DNA of 64,000 bases, taken from contig JBAOHC010000020.1 in assembly GCA_037046735.1 (NCBI GenBank), forward strand, positions 78,708 through 142,707, written 5' to 3'. A program made the position numbers and the translations under genes. This document shows, in pieces, positions 19,513-29,886 of this stretch. The notes below the pieces were generated by a model. It saw nothing but the letters and a program-made list of their open reading frames with translations, did not search any database and was not told where the DNA came from. This stretch comes from Candidatus Nanopelagicales bacterium (lineage in GTDB: Bacteria; Actinomycetota; Actinomycetes; S36-B12; UBA10799). Positions within the stretch are counted from its first letter, which is position 1, and each line of letters begins with the position of its first letter.

Positions 19513-20886
19513 GTGCCAGATCGCCTCAGTCCCCTCGACACCACCTTCCTGCTGCTCGAACGCGATGGTCAGCCCATGCACATCGGCGGCCTCATGGTCT
19601 TCGATGGGCCACCACCCAGCTACGAGGACCTCTGCGCATACCTCGATTCCCGGCTCGACGCCGTGCCTCGGTACCGCCAGCGCATCCAGTCGGTCCCGCT
19701 GGACATCGGGCAACCCGTGTGGGTCGATGACGAGGACTTCGAACTCGAGTACCACGTGCGCCACACGGCAGTACCCAGCCCGGGTGAGTATGACCAACTC
19801 CAACGTCTGGCGAGCAGACTGCTGTCGCAGCGGGTCGACTTGGATCGCCCGCTCTGGGAGATGTGGCTGGTCGAAGGCCTCGCTGGCGGCCGGTGGGCGC
19901 TGATCAACAAGGCCCACCACGCGATGATTGATGGCTTGTCCGGCCACGACATCATGGAGGTCATTCTCGACGCCAGCCCTGAGGGACGATCCAGCGGACC
20001 GAGCCAGTGGAATCCGGAACCGGGTCCCAACACTGTGGGTCTGATGGCCGACGCGCTCGTCGACTCGGTGAAGCGCCCGGGTGAGCATCTTGGCCGGATT
20101 CTGGAGCGGGCCACCCGTCCCAAGGAACTTGTCGAGCACATGGCGGTGCGCACACTGGGCAGCAAGAACTTCGGCCAGCGCATGTTGGCCACGGATACCG
20201 TGCTGGGAGGCAGCAACTCCCCGCACCGGCGCTGGGGGTGGGCCGAGACGAACCTGTCCGTACTGAAGGCCGCCAAGAACGCATTCGGGGGGACGGTCAA
20301 CGATGTGATCCTGGCCGCCGTCACGGGCGGTTTCAGGGAGCTCCTTCTAGGTCGTGGTGTGGACACCCGACCGCTGGAGATCCACTCGATGATCCCCGTC
20401 TCCATGCGCAAACCCGGCGATGCCAGCGGCGGTAACGAGGTGTCTGCGATGTTCGCTGTCCTTCCGGTGGGCATCGAGGACCCGGTCGAACGCCTGCACG
20501 CGGTCACCCGGCAGATGAATCGCGTCAAGCGCAGTGGCACACCTCTGACGGTGGATTCGATCATCGGACTGGCGGACTTCGTGCCGCCTGCACTCTTCGC
20601 TGCGGCGGGCCGGGTGGCGGGCCGGGTCGACCTGCGCGCATTCGACACAGTCACGACAAATGTCCCGGGTCCACAGGTTCCACTCTTCATGCTCGGCAGG
20701 CAACTCCAGGCCCTCATCCCCTTCGTTCCGCTGGCCTCAGGCGTCCGGATCTCCACGGCGATCGCCAGTTACAACGGCCTGGTGAACTTTGGTGTCACCG
20801 CCGACTACGACGCGATGCGCGACCTACCGGTGTTCCTCGACGGGATCCGGGACACACTGGCCGGGTTGACTTCGGCGATCGAGTAG
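19513..20886 (+). CDS. wax ester synthase/diacylglycerol acyltransferase (WS/DGAT)
   Basis: 457 aa; N-terminal LSPLDTTFL, catalytic HHAMIDGLSG (HHxxxDG), C-terminal TNVPGP. Confidence 0.85.
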   Translation: MPDRLSPLDTTFLLLERDGQPMHIGGLMVFDGPPPSYEDLCAYLDSRLDAVPRYRQRIQSVPLDIGQPVWVDDEDFELEYHVRHTAVPSPGEYDQLQRLASRLLSQRVDLDRPLWEMWLVEGLAGGRWALINKAHHAMIDGLSGHDIMEVILDASPEGRSSGPSQWNPEPGPNTVGLMADALVDSVKRPGEHLGRILERATRPKELVEHMAVRTLGSKNFGQRMLATDTVLGGSNSPHRRWGWAETNLSVLKAAKNAFGGTVNDVILAAVTGGFRELLLGRGVDTRPLEIHSMIPVSMRKPGDASGGNEVSAMFAVLPVGIEDPVERLHAVTRQMNRVKRSGTPLTVDSIIGLADFVPPALFAAAGRVAGRVDLRAFDTVTTNVPGPQVPLFMLGRQLQALIPFVPLASGVRISTAIASYNGLVNFGVTADYDAMRDLPVFLDGIRDTLAGLTSAIE

Positions 20887-20916
20887 GCCATCCGTCCGGG
20901 CTACCTCACCGACCGT

Positions 20917-21055
20917 CTACACATCTGGTTGAGGGCAGGGACTGGCCAACCAGATCTGTAGACGCCACGCGGTGCAAATGCGTCAAACCGGACATCCGAA
21001 ACGTGTCGCTGGTTGAGAATGACGCTTCTGGCGCTGGCTTCAACCAGATGTGTAG
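20917..21055. repeat. set of inverted copies of a 16-mer (CTACACATCTGGTTGA) in a convergent intergenic region
   Basis: 20917-20932 forward; 20947-20961 reverse (1 mismatch; 15-bp hairpin stem); partial forward copy 21009-21017; perfect reverse complement at 21040-21055. Confidence 0.6.
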
Positions 21056-21065
21056 GCCGCCGCCC

Positions 21066-21749
21066 CTACACCAGTTGCAAGGCTGTCCACCCCGCCAAGC
21101 CGAGCAGCGCCACGCCGAAACCGACACACGTGACGATGGTCATCTGCCGCGAGTGGCGCTCGAAGCCGTCGTGGAGGCGGGTGAGCACCGGTTTGGCCCT
21201 CTCGCCGGCCACCGTGACCGCGACCACGGGACCGAGCACGGCAGCCTCAGTGATCAGGAACAGCATCACAAAAGCCAGCCCTTTCACCGCTATGTCGACC
21301 GTGGCCGAGAAGATGACGTGCAGGGCGGGAATGTACAACGCCAGCGTTGAGGCGTTCAGGGCAAGTCGCAGCGCACCGATGCCGAAGATGAAGGGTGGCC
21401 GGGCGTCGACGAGTTTCGAGAGCACCGAATCATGCTTCTTCGCTGGCTTCGATCGCACCCGCAGAGCCACAGCCAGCAGGGCACCGCCTCCGATCGCCAG
21501 GATCGCGGCCTCCACCCAGGTGGGCCCATTCACCTGCAAGGGCGGCAGCGCGGATGCGAGGGAGAAGCCGCCAACGCTGATCAACAACAGCATCGACATA
21601 CTGCCCAGAGCTAACGCCCACCCGCGCCGCAGGGCCCCCGGGGCGGGGCTGGTGAGCACGACCACCTGCATCGCCAGGAACGTGGGGCTGATGGCCGCGC
21701 CCAGCGCCAGCGGCAGGACCTGCAGGAACAGGCTCAGCGCCGCGTTCAT
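21066..21749 (-). CDS. GAP family (Sap/DUF2910-like) integral membrane protein
   Basis: ORF trimmed to ATG 21749, 1 nt after the USP stop; MNAALSLFLQVLPLALGAAISP... with about 6 hydrophobic segments; family assignment from memory of the N-terminal pattern. Confidence 0.55.
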   Translation of the reverse strand: MNAALSLFLQVLPLALGAAISPTFLAMQVVVLTSPAPGALRRGWALALGSMSMLLLISVGGFSLASALPPLQVNGPTWVEAAILAIGGGALLAVALRVRSKPAKKHDSVLSKLVDARPPFIFGIGALRLALNASTLALYIPALHVIFSATVDIAVKGLAFVMLFLITEAAVLGPVVAVTVAGERAKPVLTRLHDGFERHSRQMTIVTCVGFGVALLGLAGWTALQLV

Positions 21750-21750
21750 G

Positions 21751-22617
21751 TCAGTGGACGACGGCCACGCTGCACTGTGCGTGATGGAGCACGCGGTTAC
21801 TGACCGAACCAAGCATCAGGGACGCGAAACCACCATGGCCACGGGATCCGACCACCAGCAGGTCGCACTCGTCGGAGGCCTCGAGCACCACGTTGTCCGC
21901 GTGGCCCCGCCCTAGATGCAACTCGATCTCGACGTCGGGGTACCGGTCGCGATGGCCGGCAAGCACCTCGGAACTGAGCCGATCCTCGGCATCTTTGACC
22001 TCGTCGATGATGCCGCCCTTGGGATACGTACTCGCATCCACATCGAAACCGACCACGTGCACGTCCCACGCATGGATCACGAGCAGTTTCCAGCCCCGGC
22101 GACTGGCCTCATCGAAGGCGAAATCAAGGGCACGCTGACCAGGTTCCGACCCGTCAATGGCCACTCCGAGCCGGTGATAGGTGACGGGCTTGGGACGCAC
22201 GACCACGGTGGGGCACTTGGAGTGGGTCGCCACCTGCGATGAGGTGCTCCCCAGCAGGATCTCAGCGACGCCCCGCTTGCTGTGTGAGCCCGTCACCAGC
22301 AGATCCGCATGCTCGCTGGCCTCGACCAACGCGGACGCCGCAGGCCCGACCACCGCTTCGGCGCTGACCTCCAGGCCGCTGTTCGCGACCAACTCACGGC
22401 CTTGTGCAGCGATCTGCTCGCCGCGCTCCTTCATCACCTCGGCCAGCGTGGGGTCGATGATGGCACCCCCGCCGAACCCCATGTCGACCATGGGTTCCTC
22501 CCACACGACCGCGATCTGCAGAGGCACTGCGCGCAGCTTGGCCTCCTCCACCGCCCACTGCAGCGCCCGCTCAGAGCCGTCAGAACCGTCGTAACCCACC
22601 ACCACCGACATATCCAC
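21751..22617 (-). CDS. universal stress protein, tandem Usp domains
   Basis: 288 aa; two Usp halves, each with the ATP-binding tail (VTGSHSKRGVAEILLGSTS; VVGSRGHGGFASLMLGSVS). Confidence 0.85.
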   Translation of the reverse strand: MDMSVVVGYDGSDGSERALQWAVEEAKLRAVPLQIAVVWEEPMVDMGFGGGAIIDPTLAEVMKERGEQIAAQGRELVANSGLEVSAEAVVGPAASALVEASEHADLLVTGSHSKRGVAEILLGSTSSQVATHSKCPTVVVRPKPVTYHRLGVAIDGSEPGQRALDFAFDEASRRGWKLLVIHAWDVHVVGFDVDASTYPKGGIIDEVKDAEDRLSSEVLAGHRDRYPDVEIELHLGRGHADNVVLEASDECDLLVVGSRGHGGFASLMLGSVSNRVLHHAQCSVAVVH

Positions 22618-22679
22618 ACCCTTCGTCTCCCCTAAGCGTATCCGTGCGGTAGATTCTGGGCGGAATTCAGTTCACTCTC

Positions 22680-23231
22680 ATGGGGCGGGGGTCGGCCGTG
22701 AGCCTCGGCACATCTCGCGATACAACCGCACGCATTCGCATCCTTGCCTGCGAGCCCGAGCCGCCTGCTGCCCAGCCCCGATCCCGGTCCTGGCCGATCT
22801 GGACACTGGTCGTAGCCACCGCCGTTGCAGGGGCGGGAGTCACGTGGACGCTCCTGCAGCCCAATGCCGAGTCGACGGCCGCTGCGACCCCGCCCGTGGC
22901 GCACGCTGCGATGCCAGCGGCAGCGAAGGGATCCGCGAACATCGCTACCTTCCGCACAAATTCCAGGGTGGCCCGCCGGATGTCCGCGGCCGCCTCGGCC
23001 GACCTACCTGCTGCCGCCCGCTACGCGAAGCGCACCGCCCCCGTCTTCACTGCGCAGGCACCCGCAGCCACCCCCGCAACTGTGAACAACTGGACGGCCC
23101 CCACAACAGTTCAAGCGCCCCAGCCAGCGCCTGCCTCAGCGGCCACGTCCAACAGCCCGCAGAGTGGGCCCTCGGTGACGATCCGAGAAGATGTCAGCCG
23201 GCCCGCCAACCAGACTCCCGGGATGCCCTGA
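22680..23231 (+). CDS. hypothetical membrane-anchored Ala/Pro-rich protein
   Basis: Only long ORF filling this gap; one TM (WPIWTLVVATAVAGAGVTWTLL) then a low-complexity A/P/T-rich tail; no recognisable domain. Confidence 0.4.
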   Translation: MGRGSAVSLGTSRDTTARIRILACEPEPPAAQPRSRSWPIWTLVVATAVAGAGVTWTLLQPNAESTAAATPPVAHAAMPAAAKGSANIATFRTNSRVARRMSAAASADLPAAARYAKRTAPVFTAQAPAATPATVNNWTAPTTVQAPQPAPASAATSNSPQSGPSVTIREDVSRPANQTPGMP

Positions 23232-23239
23232 CTCGAGCG

Positions 23240-24097
23240 TCAGTAGCTGCCGGTCATGAGTTGCGCCGCGACGAACGGGTCGAGTTCGCCGTCGACCACC
23301 CTTTGTGCCAGATCGGGGGCATCGACCATCTGCTCCCGGACGATGTCCACCGCAGTTGACTCGATCTCATCGATGACTCGGCGCAGGTGACGCTGCTCCC
23401 ATGACTCAGTCGGGCGGTGTGCCTCGATGGCGCTCACCAGGTCCCGGACCCCAGCCCCCGCCGTAGCTACGGTCGTGATGACCGGGCGCCCCGTCATCGC
23501 CCTTAGATCCGTCACGGTCCGCCCGATCCCCTCACGGTCGGCCTTGTTGACGACCAGAATGTCGGCGGCGCTGACCCCCTGCGCCTTGGACAGTTGCACG
23601 GCATCGCCGGAGTCCGGGGTCACCATGAGCAGGAGCGTGTCGGTTTGCGCGATAACATCGGGACTTGTGGTGGCGGCCTCGACCAGGATGATGTCGAAGC
23701 GACAGGCGTCCAGAATCCGCAGCACCAAAGGTGTGGTCGGTGCGAGGCCGCCTGGATGACCTCGACTCGCCATCGACCGGATGAACACGTCGGGGTCCGT
23801 GGCCCAATCCTGCAGCCGGATCCGGTCTCCCAGGACAGCGCCGGCACGCTCCGCGCTCGGGTCGATCGTGACGACTGCCACCCGCTTGCCCTCGGCTCGG
23901 AATCGGGCCAACAGCGCAGCGATCAAACTGGACTTGCCGACCGCAGCGGGCCCGGCGATCCCGACGATGTGCGCCTTGCCCAAGTGGCCGACCACCTGCG
24001 CGTTCACGCCCTCGACCCGATTCTCCGCCCGAGTCAGCAGACGCCCCAACGCCCGTCGGTCTCCCCGTTGCGCCTTGGTGAAGAGCGAAGCAGCCAC
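23240..24097 (-). CDS. MeaB/ArgK-like G3E GTPase (divergent)
   Basis: P-loop GIAGPAAVGKSS, DPSAERAGAVLGDRIRL, NKAD present; the position of the ETVGVGQSE switch reads VEAATTSPDV. Confidence 0.75.
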   Translation of the reverse strand: MAASLFTKAQRGDRRALGRLLTRAENRVEGVNAQVVGHLGKAHIVGIAGPAAVGKSSLIAALLARFRAEGKRVAVVTIDPSAERAGAVLGDRIRLQDWATDPDVFIRSMASRGHPGGLAPTTPLVLRILDACRFDIILVEAATTSPDVIAQTDTLLLMVTPDSGDAVQLSKAQGVSAADILVVNKADREGIGRTVTDLRAMTGRPVITTVATAGAGVRDLVSAIEAHRPTESWEQRHLRRVIDEIESTAVDIVREQMVDAPDLAQRVVDGELDPFVAAQLMTGSY

Positions 24098-24172
24098 AGC
24101 GGGAGTTTACCCTGCGTTCATCTGTAGGTCGCGTGTGCCAGACGGGTCGGCCCATGTGTCGAGCGCGCCAGA

Positions 24173-24222
24173 AATGGGCGGTTGGTGCGACACGCCGTGG
24201 CGAATCGCAACGAATGCCCATT
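24173..24222. repeat. imperfect-palindrome intergenic element, copy C
   Basis: aatgggcggttggtgcgacacgccgtggcgaatcgcaacgaatgcccatt folds into a ~24-bp hairpin with 4-5 mismatches; shares aatgggc / tgcga / gcc-cggcg / tcgca blocks with copies A and B. Confidence 0.55.
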
Positions 24223-24263
24223 GCGCACCCCGGGCAACGGCGCGTCCTCGAGACCCGATCCGG

Positions 24264-25448
24264 TTAGGGCACGGTCACGATCAGTGCGTCACCTTGACCG
24301 CCGCCCCCGCAGAGGGCCGCCGCACCCACGCCGCCCCCGCGACGTTTGAGTTCCAGCGCCAGGGTCAGCACCACACGGGCACCCGACATCCCCAGCGGAT
24401 GGCCCAGCGCGATGGCGCCGCCGTTGACGTTGACAATGTCCTCATCCAGGCCGAGCTCGTCGGCGCTGGCCAGCCCGACCGCCGCAAACGCCTCATTGAT
24501 CTCCACCAGGTCGAGGTCCGAGACGGCGATGCCCTGCTTGTCGCACGCGAGCTTGATGGACTCGGCAGGCTGCAGGTGCAGCGATGCATCAGGCCCTGCC
24601 ACGACGCCATGGGCACCGATCTCTGCCAGCCAGGTGAGGCCCAGCTCTTGCGCCTTCTCCTTGCTCATGACGACCACGGCTGCCGCCCCATCGGAGATCT
24701 GTGACGCGTTGCCGGCGGTGATGCTGCCGTCCTTGGCGAAGGCAGCGCGCAGGCGCCCCAAGCTCTCCGCGGTGGTGTCCGCACGGACCCCTTCATCGGT
24801 CGCGAAGACGATCGGGTCGCCCTTGCGCTGCGGGATCTCGACGGGGACGATCTCCTCGGCGAATGCGCCGTTCTTCTCCGCGATCGCGGCCAGCTGGTGG
24901 GAGCGGGCGGCGAAGGCGTCCTGGCGCTCGCGGGTCACGGCCGGGTACTTGCTCAGGTATCCCTCGGTGGACTCGCCCATCGCGCACTGATCGAAAGCGC
25001 AGGTCAGGCCATCAAAGGCAAGTGAGTCGATGACCTTCCAGTCGCCGTACTTGACACCTTCGCGCGATCCCATCAACAGATGGGGGGCGTTGGTCATCGA
25101 CTCCATGCCACCTGCGACGACGATCTCGTACTCGCCAGCGCGGATCAACTGGTCGGCCAGGGCAATCGCATCCAGACCCGACAGGCACACCTTGTTGATG
25201 GTGAGCGCGGGGACGTCCATCCCGATGCCGGCCTTCACGGCCGCCTGTCGAGCGGTGATCTGCCCCGTGCCGGCCTGCAGCACGTGACCCATGATCACGT
25301 AGTCCACCTGGTCGGCGGACACCCCCGACCGTTCCAGTGCCGCCTTGATGGCGAAGCCGCCAAGGTCCGCGGCGGAGAAACCCTTGAGTGAACCGAGCAG
25401 GCGCCCCATCGGGGTGCGGGCTCCGGCGACGATCACATTTCCAGCCAT
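24264..25448 (-). CDS. acetyl-CoA C-acetyltransferase (thiolase II)
   Basis: 550-aa ORF trimmed to ATG 25448 after AGGAGG; 394 aa; [11 protein letters not shown] (nucleophile Cys), [26 protein letters not shown]. Confidence 0.9.
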   Translation of the reverse strand: MAGNVIVAGARTPMGRLLGSLKGFSAADLGGFAIKAALERSGVSADQVDYVIMGHVLQAGTGQITARQAAVKAGIGMDVPALTINKVCLSGLDAIALADQLIRAGEYEIVVAGGMESMTNAPHLLMGSREGVKYGDWKVIDSLAFDGLTCAFDQCAMGESTEGYLSKYPAVTRERQDAFAARSHQLAAIAEKNGAFAEEIVPVEIPQRKGDPIVFATDEGVRADTTAESLGRLRAAFAKDGSITAGNASQISDGAAAVVVMSKEKAQELGLTWLAEIGAHGVVAGPDASLHLQPAESIKLACDKQGIAVSDLDLVEINEAFAAVGLASADELGLDEDIVNVNGGAIALGHPLGMSGARVVLTLALELKRRGGGVGAAALCGGGGQGDALIVTVP

Positions 25449-25496
25449 GCGGACCTCCTGAGTGTGCGGCGTGCGGCTTAATGCCACGATAAACCC

Positions 25497-25919
25497 ATGG
25501 GATTTGTGACTGCGATCGACCATGTGGGACTGGCTGTGCGCGACCTCGACCAGGCCATCGCGTTCTACCAGGACGCGTTCGGCATGCAACTCGTGCATGA
25601 GGAAGTGAACGAGGAGCAGGGCGTCCGGGAAGCGATGATGGCTGTTGGGGACAGCGGCTCCTGCATACAACTGCTGGCGCCGTTGAAGGACGACTCCCCC
25701 ATCGGCAAGTTCCTGTCTCGCAACGGCGAGGGCATCCAGCAGGTGGCCTACCGCGTGAGCGACATCGACGTGGCCGCCGACGAGTTGCGGGAGGCCGGCG
25801 TGCGGATGCTGTACGAGCACCCCAAGCGCGGCACCGCGGGTTCCCGGGTCAACTTCGCCCACCCGAAGGACTGCGGCGGCGTTCTGATCGAACTGGTGGA
25901 GCCGGGCGAGGGGCACTGA
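25497..25919 (+). CDS. mce: methylmalonyl-CoA epimerase (VOC/glyoxalase fold)
   Basis: 140 aa; [18 protein letters not shown]...[12 protein letters not shown]...[14 protein letters not shown] pattern of actinobacterial epimerases. Confidence 0.8.
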   Translation: MGFVTAIDHVGLAVRDLDQAIAFYQDAFGMQLVHEEVNEEQGVREAMMAVGDSGSCIQLLAPLKDDSPIGKFLSRNGEGIQQVAYRVSDIDVAADELREAGVRMLYEHPKRGTAGSRVNFAHPKDCGGVLIELVEPGEGH

Positions 25920-25942
25920 CCGTCAAGCCATCCCGGCAGCCT

Positions 25943-25989
25943 GTTGCCAAAGGTGGGCGTTCGAGGATCGAACGCCCACCTTTGGCAAC
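25943..25989. terminator. perfect 22-bp hairpin, bidirectional terminator candidate
   Basis: gttgccaaaggtgggcgttcga-gga-tcgaacgcccacctttggcaac between the convergent mce and DUF11 paralog 1 genes. Confidence 0.7.
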
Positions 25990-25994
25990 TCCGG

Positions 25995-27969
25995 CTACGG
26001 ACGCACGATGTACGTCTTCTGTTGCACGAACGGCTTGTAGAGGTTCGTTCCCTTGGCGGTCTGCCGGATCCGCACCTTCATCGGGTTGGCGCCGATCACC
26101 TTGACCCGCAGGAAGCCGTTCTTGCGGATCACCTTGCAGTAACTCGTCTCACCAGCAGCAGCGGCCTTGAGCGGCCGGCACGTGACGCTGGTGCGGATCT
26201 TCTGACCCTGATCGGTGCGTCCGGTCTTCACCTTGTTCGGAGATGTCGGCAGCGGCGCGGCCGACTGCGCCTCCCGCCGCACTGCCATCGTCGCCGTGGC
26301 CGTGTTGTTGGCCAGGTTCGCCTCGTAGGAGGTGGTGGCCACCGTCGCCTCGTTCGTCACCTGCGGCACTCCGCCAGTCACCAGCGCGGTGACGTCGATC
26401 TGCTCGTTGGCCTGAGTTGCCAGCCCTGTGCGGGTACAGGTGAACTGCCGCACGCCCGTTCCGCACGTCCAACCGGTCCCTGAAGCGGATACCAACTCCT
26501 GTCCCACGGGCAGGGTGTCAGTGACCGTGATGGTGCCAGCGTCGGAGACAGAACCCACGTTGCTCACGCCCAACCGCCACGTGGCCTGCTCCCCAACAGT
26601 TGCCGACGAGGTCACGGCCGCCTTACTAATCGCCAGATCCACGGGCGTGGTGTTCGCGGTGATCGCGGTCGTGTTGTTCGCCAGGTTCTGCTCGAAGGAG
26701 GACGTGGCAACCGTGGCGGTGTTGCCGAACTCGGCTTGTGGCCGCGCTGACCTTGGCAACCACAGCGATCTGCTGGCTGGCCGCCAATGGCAGACCGGCG
26801 CTGGTGCAGGTCACGACCTGACCAGCCACCGAACATGTCCAACCCGTCCCCGTGGCCGAGACGTACTCCAAACCGCTGGCCAGGGTGTCCGTCACCGTGA
26901 CAGCGCCGGCGTCAGGGATGGTGCCCACATTGGCCACCGTCAACGTCCAGTCAGCGTTCGTCCCAGGCTGGAAAGTGCCCGATCCGGTCTTCGAGATCGC
27001 CAGGTCAACCGGCGTCACGTTGATGCGGGCCGTCGCGGAATCATCGGCCGGGGTGCTGTCCGGCGTCGCGGAGGACGCCGTGACCGTCACGTCGTAGAAG
27101 CCCACCGTGGCTGGCTTGGCTGTTGCCACCTCGAGGACGAGTTGGGGCGCAGTGGCGCCGACAGGGAACAGAACCGCCGGGGGGCCTTCGTTCACAGCCC
27201 CTGGGGGCGCGGGGACCCAGGTACATTCCACGTCCTGGCCGGTTGCCGTGCAGTTCCATGGGGAAGAGCCGCTGACGTATGTCACACCCGCGGGCAACGT
27301 GCTGCGCACCGTCACCGGAGTGGACGCATCGGAGGGCCCGACGTTGGTGATGCCGACAGGAATCGTCGTGGTGTCACCGGGATTCACTGGCGCTGCCGGA
27401 TGCGTGGCCGTGACCGCAAAGTCAGCCTCGTTGGTGACCTCAACCTCTGCAGTCACCTCAGGCAGATCCGAATCCTCCACCGGATCACAGACCGTCCCGG
27501 GCCACGTCATGGTGGCCAGAGTCTGCGGATCTGACACGGGCGGATGGCCAAGCCCGGCACAGTTCACGTAGACGCCTGCCCTCGTCGAGGCCGGCGCTGT
27601 CGTCGTCACGGTGACGGTCACCGACGAGTCTTTGGGAACCAGCGGCTGGAAGCACCAGAACTCGGTGTCGCTGCCGGTGCGCTTCTGGCACTGCATGGCC
27701 GGGCTGGACGTGGTGATCTCACCGATCACCAGACCATCATCCATCCGGTCGGCGAAGAACGCGGGAAGCGGCAACAGCGGGTTCAGATTGGTGATCTCGA
27801 CCGTGAACTCAGTGGCTTGACTGCCGCCAGCGACGATCGATGCCACTCCGGTGCGCACCTTGGCGATGGTGATACCCGTGACGTTTGCCTGGGCCGGCGT
27901 CACGGTGACCACGGGCGCGAGAAGCAACGCGCCTGCCACCAAACCCGCCCCCACCCGTCGAATGCCCAT
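25995..27969 (-). pseudogene. secreted DUF11-repeat surface protein, paralog 1 (frame interrupted near 26743)
   Basis: ORFs 26626-27969 and 25995-26759 join as ...IAVVAKVSA/PQAEFGNTATVATSSFEQNLANN if one base is removed at gcggcc (26741-26745). RBS GGGAGGGGG. RR signal peptide MGIRRVGAGLVAGALLLAPVVTVTPAQA. DUF11-type repeats (VDLAISK...W.L.V.NVG...DAG..TVTDTL..G...VSA.G.GWTC). Basic C-terminal module ending KTYIVRP. Confidence 0.75.
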
Positions 27970-28114
27970 TACGACCCCCTCCCAGGGTTACAGCGCACAA
28001 TGTTCGGTACATCTTGAACAATAGCCCCGAACCAGGGCCCGAGGCTCGCAAAGGGGAGAAACGCCGCTGACCCCACCCGAAAGGGGTGGAGCCAGCAACA
28101 CACCATGCGAGTTC

Positions 28115-29768
28115 TTACGGTTTGACGATGTAGGTCTTGCGCTGCAGGAACGGCTTCAACCGGTCGTTGCCCTTCGCCGTCTGCACCACCGTCACCTTCA
28201 TCTTCTGCGAGCCGAACACCCGCACCCGGACCACACCATCGGCCCGGCGCACCTTGCAGTAGCTGACCTCACCGGCCACCGCCGACTTCACCGGAGTACA
28301 CCGCACCCGCGTCGTCAACTTCTGCCCCTCATCGGTCTTGCCGGACAGAATCCGCCGCGGCGACGGCGGCAACGCCGACGCCGTCTGCTCCACACGGCGC
28401 ACCGACACGGACTTCTCGGCAGAGTTGTTCGCGGTGTTCTTCTCATACGAGGTCGTCGCCACAACGACCTTGTTCAGCGCCGCGCCGCGCTGGGTCATCT
28501 TCGACACGACGACGATGTCCTCAACAGCGCCAACCGGCAGGACGGCGTGGGTGTGTTCACACGTCACCTTCTGGCCCTGCGCCGAGCAAGTCCATCCTTC
28601 GGCGGTGGCGGACTTGAACACCGCACCAGCCGGCAACGTGTCGGTGACCGTCACCTTCCCGGCATCCTCGATCGTGCCCACATTGGACACCTGCAACGTC
28701 CACGTCGCCTCGTCGTCGACGACCACCGGCGAACCCGCCGACTTCGACACCGCCAGATCCACCGGCGTCATCGGGATCGCAGCCGTCGCCGTCGCATCAG
28801 CCGGCGTCGGATCCTTACGTTGCTGGTCGCTACCGCCGTGATCCCGTAGTCGGCCTGCAACGCCGGGCTTCGGCGTCTTGACCGTGACAGGCAACGGGAT
28901 GAAGCCTGGTGTGAGCGCCGCCTGCGACGTCTGTGCCGCGTCGAGCGGCGTCCAGAGGCACTCGACCTTCTGGCCGGTCGGCGTGCAGGCCCACGATCCG
29001 GGCCGGCAGACACCAACGTGACCCCATCGGGCAGGGCAAAACTGAGTCTCATGAAGTGCAAGGCCAGCGACGGACCCAGATCCTTGAGCGTGAACGACAC
29101 GTCGCGTCCTTGCCCGGTTCGGTGTGCGCCGCGTCCGTTGCCGTCAAGCGAAGATCCGCCAACGCCTTCACGTCCACCGACGTGCTCTTCTCCGTGTAGA
29201 TGGGCGGGGTCGGACTCGGTTGCGGTGCCAGGTCCTGTGGTGCCCTCGGCGGAGTGAGACCGCAGAATTCCCTGGGTGTGGCACCCAAGACCGTCGCGAT
29301 GCTGCAGAACGATTTGGTCGACGTGGGCACCCAGGGCTCGGCGAGGTACGTCGCCACAACAGTGAGCGAGGCTTTAGCGGGCAGACCCACGTCCGGCTCG
29401 TTTTCGGTGAGAGCCTGCGGTTGCGGCGCCTCTTTTCCGGTCATACAGACGAACTGATTCGGATCGGTGGGACTGAGCATGCACTCGGTGCTCGGCGTCA
29501 GTTCCTTGACCGAGACGTTCTGCAGAGTCAGCCCGCTGGCGGGAACACCCCCGATCGCCACAGGGATCGTGAAGTTGTTCGGATTGGTGACGAGCATCGT
29601 GAACTCGGTGCCCGTCGCGCCACCGGCGATGATCGGATTAGCTCCCGTGACCGTCACCGTCAGTTCCGGCGCGATGGCAGTGACCGCCTGCCCTGGCGAT
29701 CCCAGCCCCACAAGCCCCACGGCAAGTGCCCCCGTTGCCAACGATCCCACGAGTCTGCGCACTCTCAT
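28115..29768 (-). pseudogene. secreted DUF11-repeat surface protein, paralog 2 (about four frame interruptions within 28.81-29.10 kb)
   Basis: ATG 29768 after GGGGAGGG; signal peptide MRVRRLVGSLATGALAVGLVGLGSPGQA. Pieces in ORFs 29049-29837, 28768-29100 and 28115-28894, plus an open start-less frame (PGSWACTPTGQKVECLWTPLDAAQTSQAALTPGFIPLPVT), are collinear with paralog 3. C-terminal 86 codons are identical in DNA to paralog 3. Confidence 0.7.
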
Positions 29769-29832
29769 GACAAATCCCTCCCCTTGTTCCGTAACCCACC
29801 ACCGATATCGGCACAAACCCGCCGAGCCTTGA

Positions 29833-29871
29833 CCCACAACAAATGGCGGCCCGGATTTCTCCGGACCGCCA
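29833..29871 (-). terminator. intrinsic terminator of DUF11 paralog 3
   Basis: tggcggtccgga-gaaa-tccgggccgcca (12-bp stem, one G.U) followed by tttgttgt on the minus strand, 16 nt after the stop codon. Confidence 0.6.
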
Positions 29872-29886
29872 CTTGAAGTGTTGCGA

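Noticed and set aside
24264-25916. 550-aa ORF extending the thiolase N-terminus
   Set aside because: The extension is antisense to the epimerase gene. The thiolase alignment begins at MAGNVIVAG (ATG 25448) right after AGGAGG.
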